Position numbers and translations under genes: made by a program
The notes under the pieces: generated by a model
What the model was told of the DNA's origin: nothing
The model's input: only the letters and a program-made list of their open reading frames with translations
The model's database searches: none
Part shown: one piece after another, positions 1-11,366 of the stretch
Layout of the letters: each line of letters opens with the position of its first letter
Position numbering within the stretch: position 1 is the stretch's first letter
Assembly: GCA_951406725.2 (NCBI GenBank)
Contig: OX597814.1
Location: 191,270,001-191,334,000 of the forward strand
Direction of reading: 5' to 3'
DNA: 64,000 nt
Source of the DNA: Octopus vulgaris
Lineage: Eukaryota

Positions 1-494
1 TAAAGTGGTTGGCATTAGGAAAGGCATCCGGCTATGCCAAAAGAGACCTCACCAGAGCTGGTGTTACATAAAAAGCACTGAGTCCACTCTGTAAAGTGGT
101 TGGCATGAGGAAGGGCATCCAGTTGTAAAGATCATGCCAATGAGACAGTGGGGTTTGATGCAGTTCTTTGGCTTGCTAGTGTCTAGCAAACAGTTCAACC
201 TATGCCAGAATGGAAGATGGATGTTAAATGAGGATGATAAATGATAACGATGATGATGTTCTTGTGAAATAAATTTGGCTGAAAGTAGGGCTAAACACAG
301 CCACAGATGATGATCATCATCATTTAGAGAGACAATGTATAAGTACAAGTTAAATAATGGAGTCAGTTTAATCAACTGTTGCTTCCTCCTAAAATTTGTG
401 GCCTTGTGTCTATGATAGAAATTATTACCATTAGTATTATAATGATGACAGGCCATATAATATTACTCTATATTTTTGAGATGAAGAACTTTCA

Positions 495-777
495 TTATTT
501 ATAATGGATGGATAAGTGTCCTCATCTTGTTTGTTGTTATCACGTTTCATCTGATGTACTCTCCAGCCTTCATCAAGTGTACTGGTGGAATTTTGAACCC
601 AATCCCTTTATTTGACTAATGGGGTACACTGTTCTCACTCCTAAGGTATGTTGCTGATGTTATTTTTCTGTTAATATTATTTTTCAAGTCCCTAACTGGG
701 ATTGAACTTAGAATTTGAGCGTTAGTAGCCTGCGCTTTTATCCAAGATGAGGACACCTCTCTGCCCATTATAAATAA
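495..777 (-). mobile_element. Short element with a tRNA-like head, a degenerate hammerhead-like motif and ~35-bp inverted ends (retrozyme/Penelope-associated type)
   Basis: 495-529 and 743-777 are imperfect inverted repeats. The minus strand of 744-685 is tRNA-like with a GAGTTCRA-type B box (AAGTTCAATCC). The minus strand of 580-541 reads TTGATGA-AGGCTG..CAGAT-GAAAC-GTG. Confidence 0.55.
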
Positions 778-2094
778 GGTCATATAATGATTTTACTTTT
801 ATTGCCTTCAAAGTGGAAAAGAAAAGGCTTAACAAGAAGGTAATCAAAATACTTATGTCACTGCCTTAGTCTACATACCTCCTAGCTATTTAGTGTTGCT
901 CTCTCACCCTGTCGCATGACTGAGGCGTGGTGGGTGGTGAATCAACAAGATAAGTCACATGCTGGAAGTTTGAATGTATTTAAGCTGACATAATGAAAAG
1001 GTGTTGTACTGCTGCTATTAATCTTTCAAAGAAAAGAGTAGCCAGAAAAAAAAAAAATGCAAGAGAGAGAAACTATGTCAGATAAGCTGTAAACAATGTA
1101 ATGATAAAGCTAAACTTTAAATCAGAATTAGAACAGTGTCTTTGGCAGGTTTGCTTTCTCTTAATGTTATATTCAGTGTTTTAATTAGATTTTCATAATG
1201 GATGAGTTAATTTATTCTATCATCAACATCATCATCATTTGATGTCCACTTTTCCATTCTTACATGGGTCAAATAGAAACCGAGGCAGATTTTGACCCAG
1301 ATGCTCTTCCTCTCACCAACCATCACCTGTTTCTTCACAATGTAATATTTTCCCATGGCTAGACATGTCTTTCATAGAAAACTGAAAATGAAGCCACCTC
1401 ACTTATGTGATGACGATGCTCATTTACAACCATCACATGATGTCTAGACAAGAACACAAACAGACACACACATACATATGTGTGTGTATGTGTGTGTGTA
1501 TATTCTTTTATTCTTTTATTTGTTTCAGTCATTTGACTGCAGCCATGCTGGAGAACTGCCTTTAGTTGAGCAAATCGACCCCAGAACTTTTTCTTTGTAA
1601 GCCTAGTACTTATTCTATCGGTCTCTCATGCTGAACCGCTAAGTTACGGGGATGTAAACACACCAGCATCGGCTGTCAATCAATGAATGATTCAGGTCAG
1701 AAGACACTTCAATCTCCAAGAATGAATGATCCATACTCTAGAACACTCAATTGAGGATCACAATAAAGTGTTGTTCTCACATCAGAGATAGGCAAGCAAT
1801 TCTCAAACTAAATTATATATAGTTTCATTCAAGAGAAAATGGGGTAAGGAAAGAGTCCTAGAAGGATGTAATTCTAGGGTTATAAGAGTGATTGATTGGG
1901 GTAGTGTTGTTGTTTAACTCCTAGTTAATTTTGATCAAATAGATCTATGATCTAAAGCATTCTAGCTATGATCTTCATGCCTTCTTTTTCAGATACACCT
2001 AAGACTGCATTTTTCAAGGGAGGTTTGGATACTATTTCTAGCAAGCTAATCAACCCGGTAGAGGTCGTCCTTAGTGACTCAACTTTTTTTTTTC

Positions 2095-2395
2095 CACCCT
2101 TTTCAAGCCTAGCCTTGCTCATGGGTCCGGTTTCCGGTTTCTATGGCGTATGTGTTCCCCCCAGCGAACGGGATGCCAATCCATCGCAGCGTTACTCAAG
2201 AAACAGGAAGAAAGAGTGAGAGAAAGTTGTGGTGAAAGAGTACAACAGGGGTCGCCACCACCCCCTACTGGAGCCTCGTGGAGCTTTTTAGATGCTTTCA
2301 CTCAATAAACACACACAACACCCAGTCTGAGAATCAAAACCACGATCCTCCGACCACGAGTCCGCTGCCCTAACCACTGGGCCATTGCACCTCCC
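2095..2395 (-). mobile_element. tRNA-derived SINE, family C (tRNA-Arg-like head)
   Basis: Head GGAGGTGCAATGGCCCAGTGGTTAGGGCAGCGGACTCG on the minus strand. Flanked by AGTG(A/G)CTCAA direct repeats. Homologous to 7438, 9708 and 39521. Confidence 0.85.
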
Positions 2396-3414
2396 AGTGG
2401 CTCAAGTGGGGTGAAGTATTTAGTACAACTTCTAAAGAAATTAAATAAAATGTATGTAACAGGATCAACCCTTTAGCATTCAGATTATTTTACCAAATGT
2501 AATGCTTATCTATTCAAATTGTTTTGATTTAACCATGTATTATCATGTAGCTTTGAGATTCTGACGATGTGATTGCTTATTTTTAGGATGACATTGCAGG
2601 GTAGGTGTGAGAGGCCACAGCTGACTGGTTTGGACATAGAAGGGATTGAATATTTTGGCTGGATATGGCTAGTTTAAATGCTATATTAACTGGAGGAGGG
2701 CAGCATAGAGAGAAATTAGTTCAAAGGAGCAAGTACTAAAGTAAGGAGAGAAAGAGAGAGAGAGGACATCATTTGGTGTTCCCAGACTTTAGAGCTTCTT
2801 TCTGATGACAAATGATATTTTCTTCTATTTGATGTAATATCTATTTCAACAACTGATACAGTTAATATGTACAAGCATGGAAAAATAAAAGAAAAAGAAA
2901 AAGGAATGATTTAAACCAATGATAAGAGTTGGTTAGGATTGCTTGAGATTCTACATATAAATTGTTTCTCCTTTTATCAAACTCTTCTTCATGTTTTAAT
3001 ACATCATTAATTGCATATGAAGTTCTCGAGGAAGCTTAATGAGAACTTCAGAGGCAAATGAAGATCAATTATGTTGATGTTATTTATTAACCACAGATCA
3101 ATCTTGATAGAGAAGATTTATGGTCAAAGGTCATAATCATCATAACTGAAGCCATAATCATCTTGTCTTCATATTTTTCTTGGGAATAGGAATAAAAAAA
3201 TTAAAATAAAACAAACAAGCTAGCCATCACTCACAAAAAGTATGGCTTTGTAGCATGTACCACACTTTTGCCAATTGCTTTAGGTGTGTACTGTCAGGTC
3301 CTTCTTAGATTTTTCACCTCTGACCAAGAGTAATATTTCCCTTTAGCATTCAGATTACTCTGTCACATGTAATGCTTATTTATTCACATTTTAAAAAATT
3401 AATCATGTATCATA

Positions 3415-3823
3415 GGTGCAGGAGTGGCTGTGTGGTAAGTAGCTTGTTTACCAACAACATGGTTCCGGGTTCAGTCCCACTGTGTGGCACTTTGGGCAAG
3501 TGTCTTCTACTATAGCCTTGAGCTGACCAAAGCCTTGTGAGTGGATATGGTAGACGGAAACTTAAAGAAGCCTGTCGTATATATACATATATATATGTGT
3601 GTGTGTGTATGTTTGTGCGTCTGTGTTTGTCCCCGTAGCATTGCTTGACAACTGATGCTGGTGTGTTTATGGCCCCTTCACTTAGCAGTTCGGCAAAAGA
3701 GACCGATAGAATAAGTACTGGGCTTACAAAGAATAAGTCCAGTGGTCAAGTTGCTCGATTAAAGGCGGTGCTCCAGCATGGCCGTAGTCAAATGACTGAA
3801 ACAAGTAAAAGAGTAAAAGAGAG
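3415..3823 (+). mobile_element. tRNA-derived SINE, family A (~400 bp, internal TA/TG microsatellite), inserted in a piggyBac-like MITE
   Basis: A box TGGCTGTGTGG, B box GGTTCAGTCCC, (AAAGAGT)n tail. Near-identical to 4643, 26395, 29660 and 34967. Confidence 0.9.
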
Positions 3824-4642
3824 TATCATCTTGTAGCTTCAAGATTGTGATGATGTGATTGTTTAATTTTAAAATGACATTGTACAGTCGGTGTGAGTAA
3901 CCAGATCTGGTTGGTTTGAACATAAAATTGGTAAAATATTTTGGGGACAGATGCTAAGGGTGAAAATGTGATAGCAGGAGTAAGAAAGAGAGAGAAAATG
4001 GGGAGAGGGGCTGCTCCAGGTACAGGTACTGGCATTCATTTTCAGTTGAGTAGATAGGAAAATTCAAAATACCTCGCTGAAGGACACAACATGCAGCCCA
4101 ACCTAGGAAATGAACTCATGACTTTAAAGCCACGAGCTTAAAGTCTGAACTACTAGGCCATGTGCTTTTTGTACTAAGTCTTTTTTTTCTTTTTTGAACT
4201 GTAAGATGGAATTTGGAGGAAATTTGGTTACTATTACTAGAATTTCAGTGATTACATAGAAGTTCCCTAATTGGCTCATTCAGTTTCAGGGAAACTGGCC
4301 GTTGAAGATAATGAGAGCTGCAAGGGAGGAGGTTATTCTGTTTTCCAATATACTCATTAAGATGCCTCATTAATTCAGTTAAGAATGCCAATTTCCACAA
4401 TAAATAATTGTTTGACATGTAATCCAGTGGGATAATTAAGGTATGCCAGTTAAAGAATAATGAGTTGATTATAGAACTGACCTTTAGGAATTCAGACAAC
4501 TACATTTAAGATGGCAGAGGTAGAGATGATGATAAAGGATGTCAAGTTAAACAGTACTCCCTTGTGTGAGCAACATTTCAAACCACAACCGGCACATTTG
4601 TTTTAGTACATCTAAGATATTATAAAAGGCAGTGAGATAGCA

Positions 4643-5040
4643 GGTGCAGGAGTGGCTGTGTGGTAAGTAGCTTGTTTACCAACCACATGGTTCCGGGTTT
4701 AGTCCCACTGCGTGGCACTTTGGGCAAGTGTCTTCTACTATAGCCTCGGGCCGACCAATGCCTTGTGAGTGGATTTGGTAGATGGAAACTGAAAGAAGCC
4801 CATCATGTATATATATATATGCGTGTGTGTGTTTGTGTATCTGTGTTTGTCCCCCTAGCATTGCTTGACAACCTATGCTGGTGTGTTTATGTCCCCGTTA
4901 CTTAGCAGTTCGGCAAAAGAGACCAATAGAATAAGTACTGGGCTTACAAAAGAATAAGTCCCGGGGTCGAGTTGCTTGATTAAAGGCGGTGCTCCAGCAT
5001 GGCTGCAGTCAAATGACTGAAACGAGTAAAGAGTAAAGAA
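4643..5040 (+). mobile_element. tRNA-derived SINE, family A
   Basis: Full-length match to the 3415-3823 copy. Confidence 0.9.
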
Positions 5041-5352
5041 TAGCAGAACTGTTAGCTTGCCGGACAAAATGCTTAGTGGCATTTTATCCATCTTTTTGTT
5101 CTGGGTTCAGGTTCTGCTGAAGTTGACTTTGCCTTTCATCCTTTCAGGGCTGATAAAATAAGTACCAGTTAAGCACTAAGGGTCAATGTAATCAACTTCT
5201 CCCTCCCCTCAGAAATGTTGCGCTTGTGCCAAAATTTGAAACTAATATATCTAAGGCTACACTATCAAATTCATCCTTCTTTTTTTTTTTAAGTGGATAG
5301 GGAAACCTAGCTGCTATTTCTAGTAGGTTGAGCAATAATGCCAAATCACTCT

Positions 5353-5586
5353 TATTTCTTTATTGCCCACAAGGAGCTAAACATAGAGGGGACAAACAAG
5401 GACAGACAAAAGGATTAAGTTGATTAGATCGACCCCAGTGCATAACTGGTACTTATTTAATCGATCCCGAAAGGATGAAAGGCAAAGTCAACCTCAGCGG
5501 AATTTGAACTCAGAATGTAACGGCAGACGAAATACCGCTAAGCATTTCACCTGGCGTGCTAACGTTTCTGCCAGTTCGCCACCTTA
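5353..5586 (-). mobile_element. tRNA-derived SINE, family B
   Basis: Reverse complement of the 63333-63551 copy. Flanked by AATCACTCTT direct repeats. Confidence 0.85.
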
Positions 5587-6470
5587 TGCAGAATCACTCT
5601 TGGTGGTTTGAACATATTGTGCAGTACTTTTGGGTGGAATGAAGATTTTAGTGGTGACAGGGCCAGATCAATGCCTGTAGAAGCCTTAAGCTCTTAAAAG
5701 ATTCTGATGCCCCCAAATATATGCAATTCAAAATATAAACAGTGATAAACCAAAAAAATTAATTTAATATTTTTTGTTGAGAACAGCAAAATACTTGCTT
5801 TTTGTATGAGGGTGGTGGTGGTGGGGGAAGCAAAATACTGTCAAAAATAACAGTAAGTGGCAATCATTTAACATTGACCTATAAACAGATTCAATGTATT
5901 TCAGGTTGGAAAATGTTTTTTTTTTCTTTCACTTTTTGCATAAATTAGGTTGTGTGAAATACTGAAACCCAACCATAAACAATGGATTTTAAAAAAAGAA
6001 TAATTTTCATTTGAGAAGGAGATTTTCTACTTGTTTTTTAACTTTTTTAACATGTTATTTGACTGCAAATCACTAACTTTCAGTCGAAGGTCTGAAGTGA
6101 GTTCTTTGAGAATGTAGTCGAAGGGATTAAAACAAAATTTTTAATCTTTATCATCATCATCATATAACGTCCACTTTACTATGTTAGCATTGGTTTAGAC
6201 AGAGTTTGTTCAAGCAAATTTTTTGCAGTTGGATACCCTTCCTGTTGTCAACCCTTATTTGTTTCCAAACAAAGTAATATTTTTCTATGACTAGTTTTTG
6301 ATGGAAGACTGGAAACAAACAATTTTACTTGTATGATGATAGCACTTCTTCACAAATATATGCCTATGTAAGGATACAGACACAAAGACACTCATACAAA
6401 TACACACACAAAACAGGCTTCTTTCAGTTTCCATTTACCAAATCCACTCATAAGGCTTTGGTTGGCTTAA

Positions 6471-6691
6471 CCCTGTAGCTTTTAAACCGGCCATATCTGG
6501 CCAAAAGTATTCTGCCTGTTCTATGTTCAAACTGGCCAGATCTGGTCTCTCAGACCAACCCTACAATATTGTTTTAAAAATTAATAGATACCTCATCAAA
6601 TTCTCATAGCTACAAGATAATGTATGATTAGTTCAAAACAAAGTGGATGAAAAAGTATTAATTTTGGTAGAATAATGCGAACACTAAAGGG
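6471..6691. mobile_element. piggyBac-like MITE inserted in a family A SINE
   Basis: TTAA|CCCTGTAG...CTAAAGGG|TTAA. Related copies at ~2467-2685, 3340-3960, 10678-10905 and 46367-47023. Confidence 0.75.
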
Positions 6692-7437
6692 TTAAGGCTG
6701 TAGTGGAAGACACTTGCTCAAGATGCCAGGGAGTGGGACTGAACCTAACACCACACGGTCAGGAAGCAAGCTTCTTAACCAGTCACATTTGCACCTCATG
6801 CTTTCACATTATCATTGAGAACTGAAAAATACTATGGTAGCTATAGCATTCAAACTGGTGAGAATGTGTTCAGTAAATTCCAAGGATATGAAGAATTTCC
6901 TTCTTGGATTTTTCACAGCAGGGTGTGTGTGATTAAAGTTACTAGCTGGGAGTTAAAAACAATTGATGTATATCAAAAAGTTATCACTGCAGACTACACC
7001 TAGCATATAAGCTTAGAATCACCTTGTAAACTAAGATTAAGATTCTTCATTAAGCTAGTTAAGAATACTAATTTCCACCCATGCCAGTGGCACGTAGGGC
7101 CTTACAGAGGAAATGGCAAAGACCGAGACCTGAGATATGCTGTGACTGTGAAGACCCAACAAATGAAGTGAGTTCATGGCTCACAGGACGGCCTGCTGGC
7201 AATAACTGAATGCATGCAACCAAATAAAATTCATTATTGACATGAATGATTCTATTTATTAAAGACAAATTTGTTTTCCGCAAACTGCCTGTTGAATGAT
7301 GCAGTGAAACACAATAGGTTTTGTACATCTGACAGTGTAGCAAGCTTTGTAGACTTGCCCAACAAAAAATTTTCCAGCACCACACATAAAATTTCTCTCC
7401 ATTAGTTGCAATACACTTTGGATTTTGTCACACCAGG

Positions 7438-7739
7438 TTGTTCCTTCTTGATCCATGCTTGGCTCATAAGGGCCGGTTTCCCGGTTTCTTGGCGTATAGG
7501 TTCCCCACCTGGACGGGACGCCGGTCCATCGCAGGTGAGCTGCAAGATGCAGGAGGAAAGAGTAAGAGAAAGTTGTGGCGAAAGAGTCAGCAGAAGTTTC
7601 GCCATTACCTTCTGCCAGAGCCGTGTGGAGCTTAGGTGTTTCGCTCATAAACACACACATATCGTCCGGTCTGAGATTCGAACCCGCGATCCCTCGGCCG
7701 CAAGTCCGCTGCTCTAACCACTAGGCCATGTGCCTCCAC
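7438..7739 (-). mobile_element. tRNA-derived SINE, family C variant
   Basis: Head GTGGAGGCACATGGCCTAGTGGTTAGAGC..GGTTCGAATC. 12-bp TSD TCACACCAGGTT. Confidence 0.88.
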
Positions 7740-8640
7740 TCACACCAGGTTCATCATCAACATCACCATTTTTAATGTCCACTTTTCCATGCTTGAATGG
7801 GTGTATTGCAATTGGCTGAAGCAGATTTTCTATAGCTAGATGCCATTTCTCTCACCTGTTTCCAAGTAAAGTAATTCTTCTCCCATCACCAAACATATTT
7901 TCATGAAAGATTGGGAATGAAAGATACTGCATATATGATAATGACACTCGTTAAAAACTATTATGTGATGTTAAGGTAGCACACACACACAAACATACAC
8001 ATGATGGGCTTCTTTCAGTTTCTGTTAACTAAATCCATTCACAAGGCTTTGGTGAACACTTGCCAAAGGTGGCGCACAGTGAGACTGAATCCAAAACCAT
8101 GCGTGGCACTTTCGGGCAAGTGTATTCTACTATAGCCCTGGGGCAACCAAAGCCTTGTGAGTAGATTGCACTCAATGCATCTTCATCTCTTTAAAACTGT
8201 CTTCTTTGTTAGTAATTCTTCCACACATGTTGCTCCATGAAGTTAGTTCTTCATCTAGTATTTATTCCTCAAATGAACATTAATAGTAATGAAATGCCAG
8301 ACACATCTGTTGAGTCATCAAGAATCTATTGTTTGTTTAATTAATACAGGCTGCTGTTACCTATAGCGTCAATGCTTTTATCTATGGTTTCCTTGCATTT
8401 AAAAAACTTTTCTGAAAGAACCAATATTCCTGGATAAATCCATTCTTTCTGGATATATAGGCATGGAAGTGGCTGTGTGGTAAGAAGCTTGCTTTCTAAC
8501 CACATGGTTCAGGGTTCAGTCCCACTGAGTGGCACCTTGGGCAAGTGTCTCCTACTATGGTCTCGGGCCAACCAAAGTCTTGTGAGTGGATTTGGTAGAA
8601 GTAAACTGAAGGAAGCCCATCATATATATATATATGTATA

Positions 8641-8988
8641 TAGTTACAGAAAAGACAAAGACAGGTGAAGGAACAACAAGCTGGTGTATTAGTTAAACGC
8701 TTGAGAAGAATTGAAAAGTCTTTGACGTTTCAAGCCTACACTCTTCGACAGACAAATATATATATATATATATAAATAAAATACAAAATGAGACAAGAAT
8801 GCAAAATATCCAGACAAGTAGGTGATACAAAAAGGGACAACAAAACATCCAGATAGATGATACAAAAAAAATAAGGACGGGTCATTCGAAGCCCTTTATC
8901 TTCAGTCAAGAACCAGATCATCCTCGCAATTTCGGCTGATTAATTTTGAGATTGCTCCAATCTGGCCAGCCCCAAGGAAAAACTAAGC
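8641..8988 (-). mobile_element. Probable Penelope-like pLTR remnant
   Basis: Minus strand CTGTCGA-AGAG..CTT-GAAAC-GTC motif. Sits next to a TA microsatellite. Confidence 0.35.
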
Positions 8989-8989
8989 T

Positions 8990-9378
8990 TCTTTTTACTT
9001 GTTTAAGTCATTAGACTGCAACCATGCTGGGGAACCACCTTGAAGAATTTTTAGTTGGATGAATCTTGACCCCAGGACTGATTTCTTTAAGTCTGATACT
9101 TACTCTATTGATCTTTTTTTGCCAAACCGCTAAGTTACAGGGACGCAAACACACCAACACCAGTAATCAAACAGTGGTGGGGAACAAACACAGACACAGA
9201 GACATACACACACATACACACACACACACACAATGGGCTTGTTTCAGTTTCTGTCTACCAATTCCACTTACAAGACTTTGGTCGGACCATGGCTATAGCA
9301 GAAGACACTTGCCCAAGGTGCTATGCAGTGGGACTGAACCCTGAACCATGTGGTTGGGAAGCAAGCTTCCCACCACAG
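8990..9378 (-). mobile_element. tRNA-derived SINE, family A (older copy)
   Basis: Reverse-complement homology to 4643-5040. Confidence 0.85.
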
Positions 9379-9707
9379 ACACACACATGCATGTGTATGT
9401 GTGTGTGTGTATTGCTAAACATCACATGTTCTTAAAATGGTAATGCAATACAGGTTGAAAACAGACAATAAAACATACAGAACAATACAACAGGTTTCAA
9501 AGGGCAACATTAATAAAAGGTTATATAAATATAATAAATACATAACATATATGTTAAAAAACAGAAACAAGATAATTTGCCAGTGATGGTCTGGTCAAAC
9601 TCATCTAACAAGTTGATGGCCACTGTCTATCTGTGTGTTTACATGTACGTACATACATGTGTATGTGTATATATGTAGGTATGTGTGTGTATGTATGCAT
9701 TTTTTTT

Positions 9708-10004
9708 TCGCCCTTTTCAAGCCTAGCCAGGTTCATGGGCCCGGTTTCCTGGTTTCTGTGGCGTATGTGTTCCCCCACCCCAGATGGACGGGATGCCAGT
9801 CCATTGCAGCGTTACAGGAAGAAAGAGTGAGAGAAAGTTGGGGTGAAAGAGTACAATAGGGGTCGCCACCACCTCCTGCTGGAGCCTCGTGGAGCTTTAG
9901 GTGTTTGCACTCAATAAATACACACAACGCCCAGTTGGGAATCGAAACTGCAATCCTCCAACTGCGAGTCTGCTACCCTAACCACTGGGCCGTTGCGCCT
10001 CCAC
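9708..10004 (-). mobile_element. tRNA-derived SINE, family C
   Basis: Homologous to 2095-2395 and embedded in a TATG microsatellite. Confidence 0.85.
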
Positions 10005-11004
10005 GTATGTATGCATATGCATATATATGTATATAAGTGTGTGTGTGTGTGTGTGTATTTCCTTGTCTTGACAGTTGTAAATGAGTGCCACGGTCATTCA
10101 TTTCTGATATTCTACATAAACATATCTGGCCCTGGGGAAATATTACTTTGCTCAGAAGCAAGTGAGGGTTAGTGACAGGAAAGCCATCCAGCTGTAAGAA
10201 AATCTACTTTAATAAACTCAGTCTGGCTCACATATGCGTGGAAAAGTGGACCTTAAACTAATGATGATATATAGAAGTTGGGTGAGAATGAACAGTAAAT
10301 ATCTTTTTAGTTTATGATGTTGATCGATTTTATATTGTAACAATATAAATCGATTATTTATAAACATGATCTGACGGAAAGTGATTCAGCAATTTTATTT
10401 GTCATTTAATTCAAATGTGTAAGACAGTTCAAAATGTGAATGAGCAAATGGCTGATTCAGTTTGAGATTCTTTCAACAATATTATGATAGGAAGAATAAA
10501 AAAAAAATGGACAGCTGTTCAAACTGCTAGGAGCTAAATGAAGAAGAGAAAAAATTTTCTTGACTTTTATTTTATATAGTTAAAATGGCGACCAGAATAC
10601 ATGGAGCTGATTGGTCCTTTTAAAACAGGTGAAAATCTGAAAATGTCACCTATTGTAATGGAAGAATTGCTATACATTTAACCTTTAAGCATATAAATTG
10701 TCAATATCCAGCCCAAAGAATCTACCTGTTTTATGTTCAAAATAGCCAAATCCAGCCTTCTCTAACTTACTTACCTACAACGTCATTCTAGAAATAGATA
10801 GCCACATTATTGAAATCTCAATGTTACAAGATAATACACGATTAATTCTATACAATGTGAATAAATAAGCATTATATTTGGCAGTAATTTGAATGCTAAA
10901 AGGTAAAGGATACAAAAACCAGGAAGTATGATGACATAGTGTGCAGTGAAGAGTTGAAAGAGTTTTAGTTAAGCTGAATGGGAGCAATTGTGGTTTCCAT
11001 GTAT

Positions 11005-11366
11005 GTGAGCACCTTTTCAAACTCCACCTGTCTAACACCCGTGGACATGTTTACAAAGTCAGAAAACAGCTCAGCTCCATTGACTTTCGGAAACATTTTT
11101 TCACGCTAAGAGTTTCTGAAGCATGGAACAAACTGCCGGCATCAGTTGTTAGTTGTCGGAGCACTACATCCTTCAAAACTTCCATGCTTCCTGAGATTCG
11201 CCAACACTACACTTGATTTCTTTCCCTCCATACACACGCAAGCATGTATCTGACTCATACACTGTTCACTTCCCAGACATTTGTACATTACTGCATATGC
11301 TTTATACGCCCTTATGACAAGTTGTGGTGCACCTGAGCACTGTATACAATAATTTCATTATTATTA
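11005..11366 (+). mobile_element. CR1-type LINE 3' end fragment
   Basis: Encodes SNTRGHVYKVRKQ..FRKHFFTLRV.EAWNKLP, as in 20840-20945. Ends GTGCACCTGAGCAC..(ATT)n. Confidence 0.88.
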
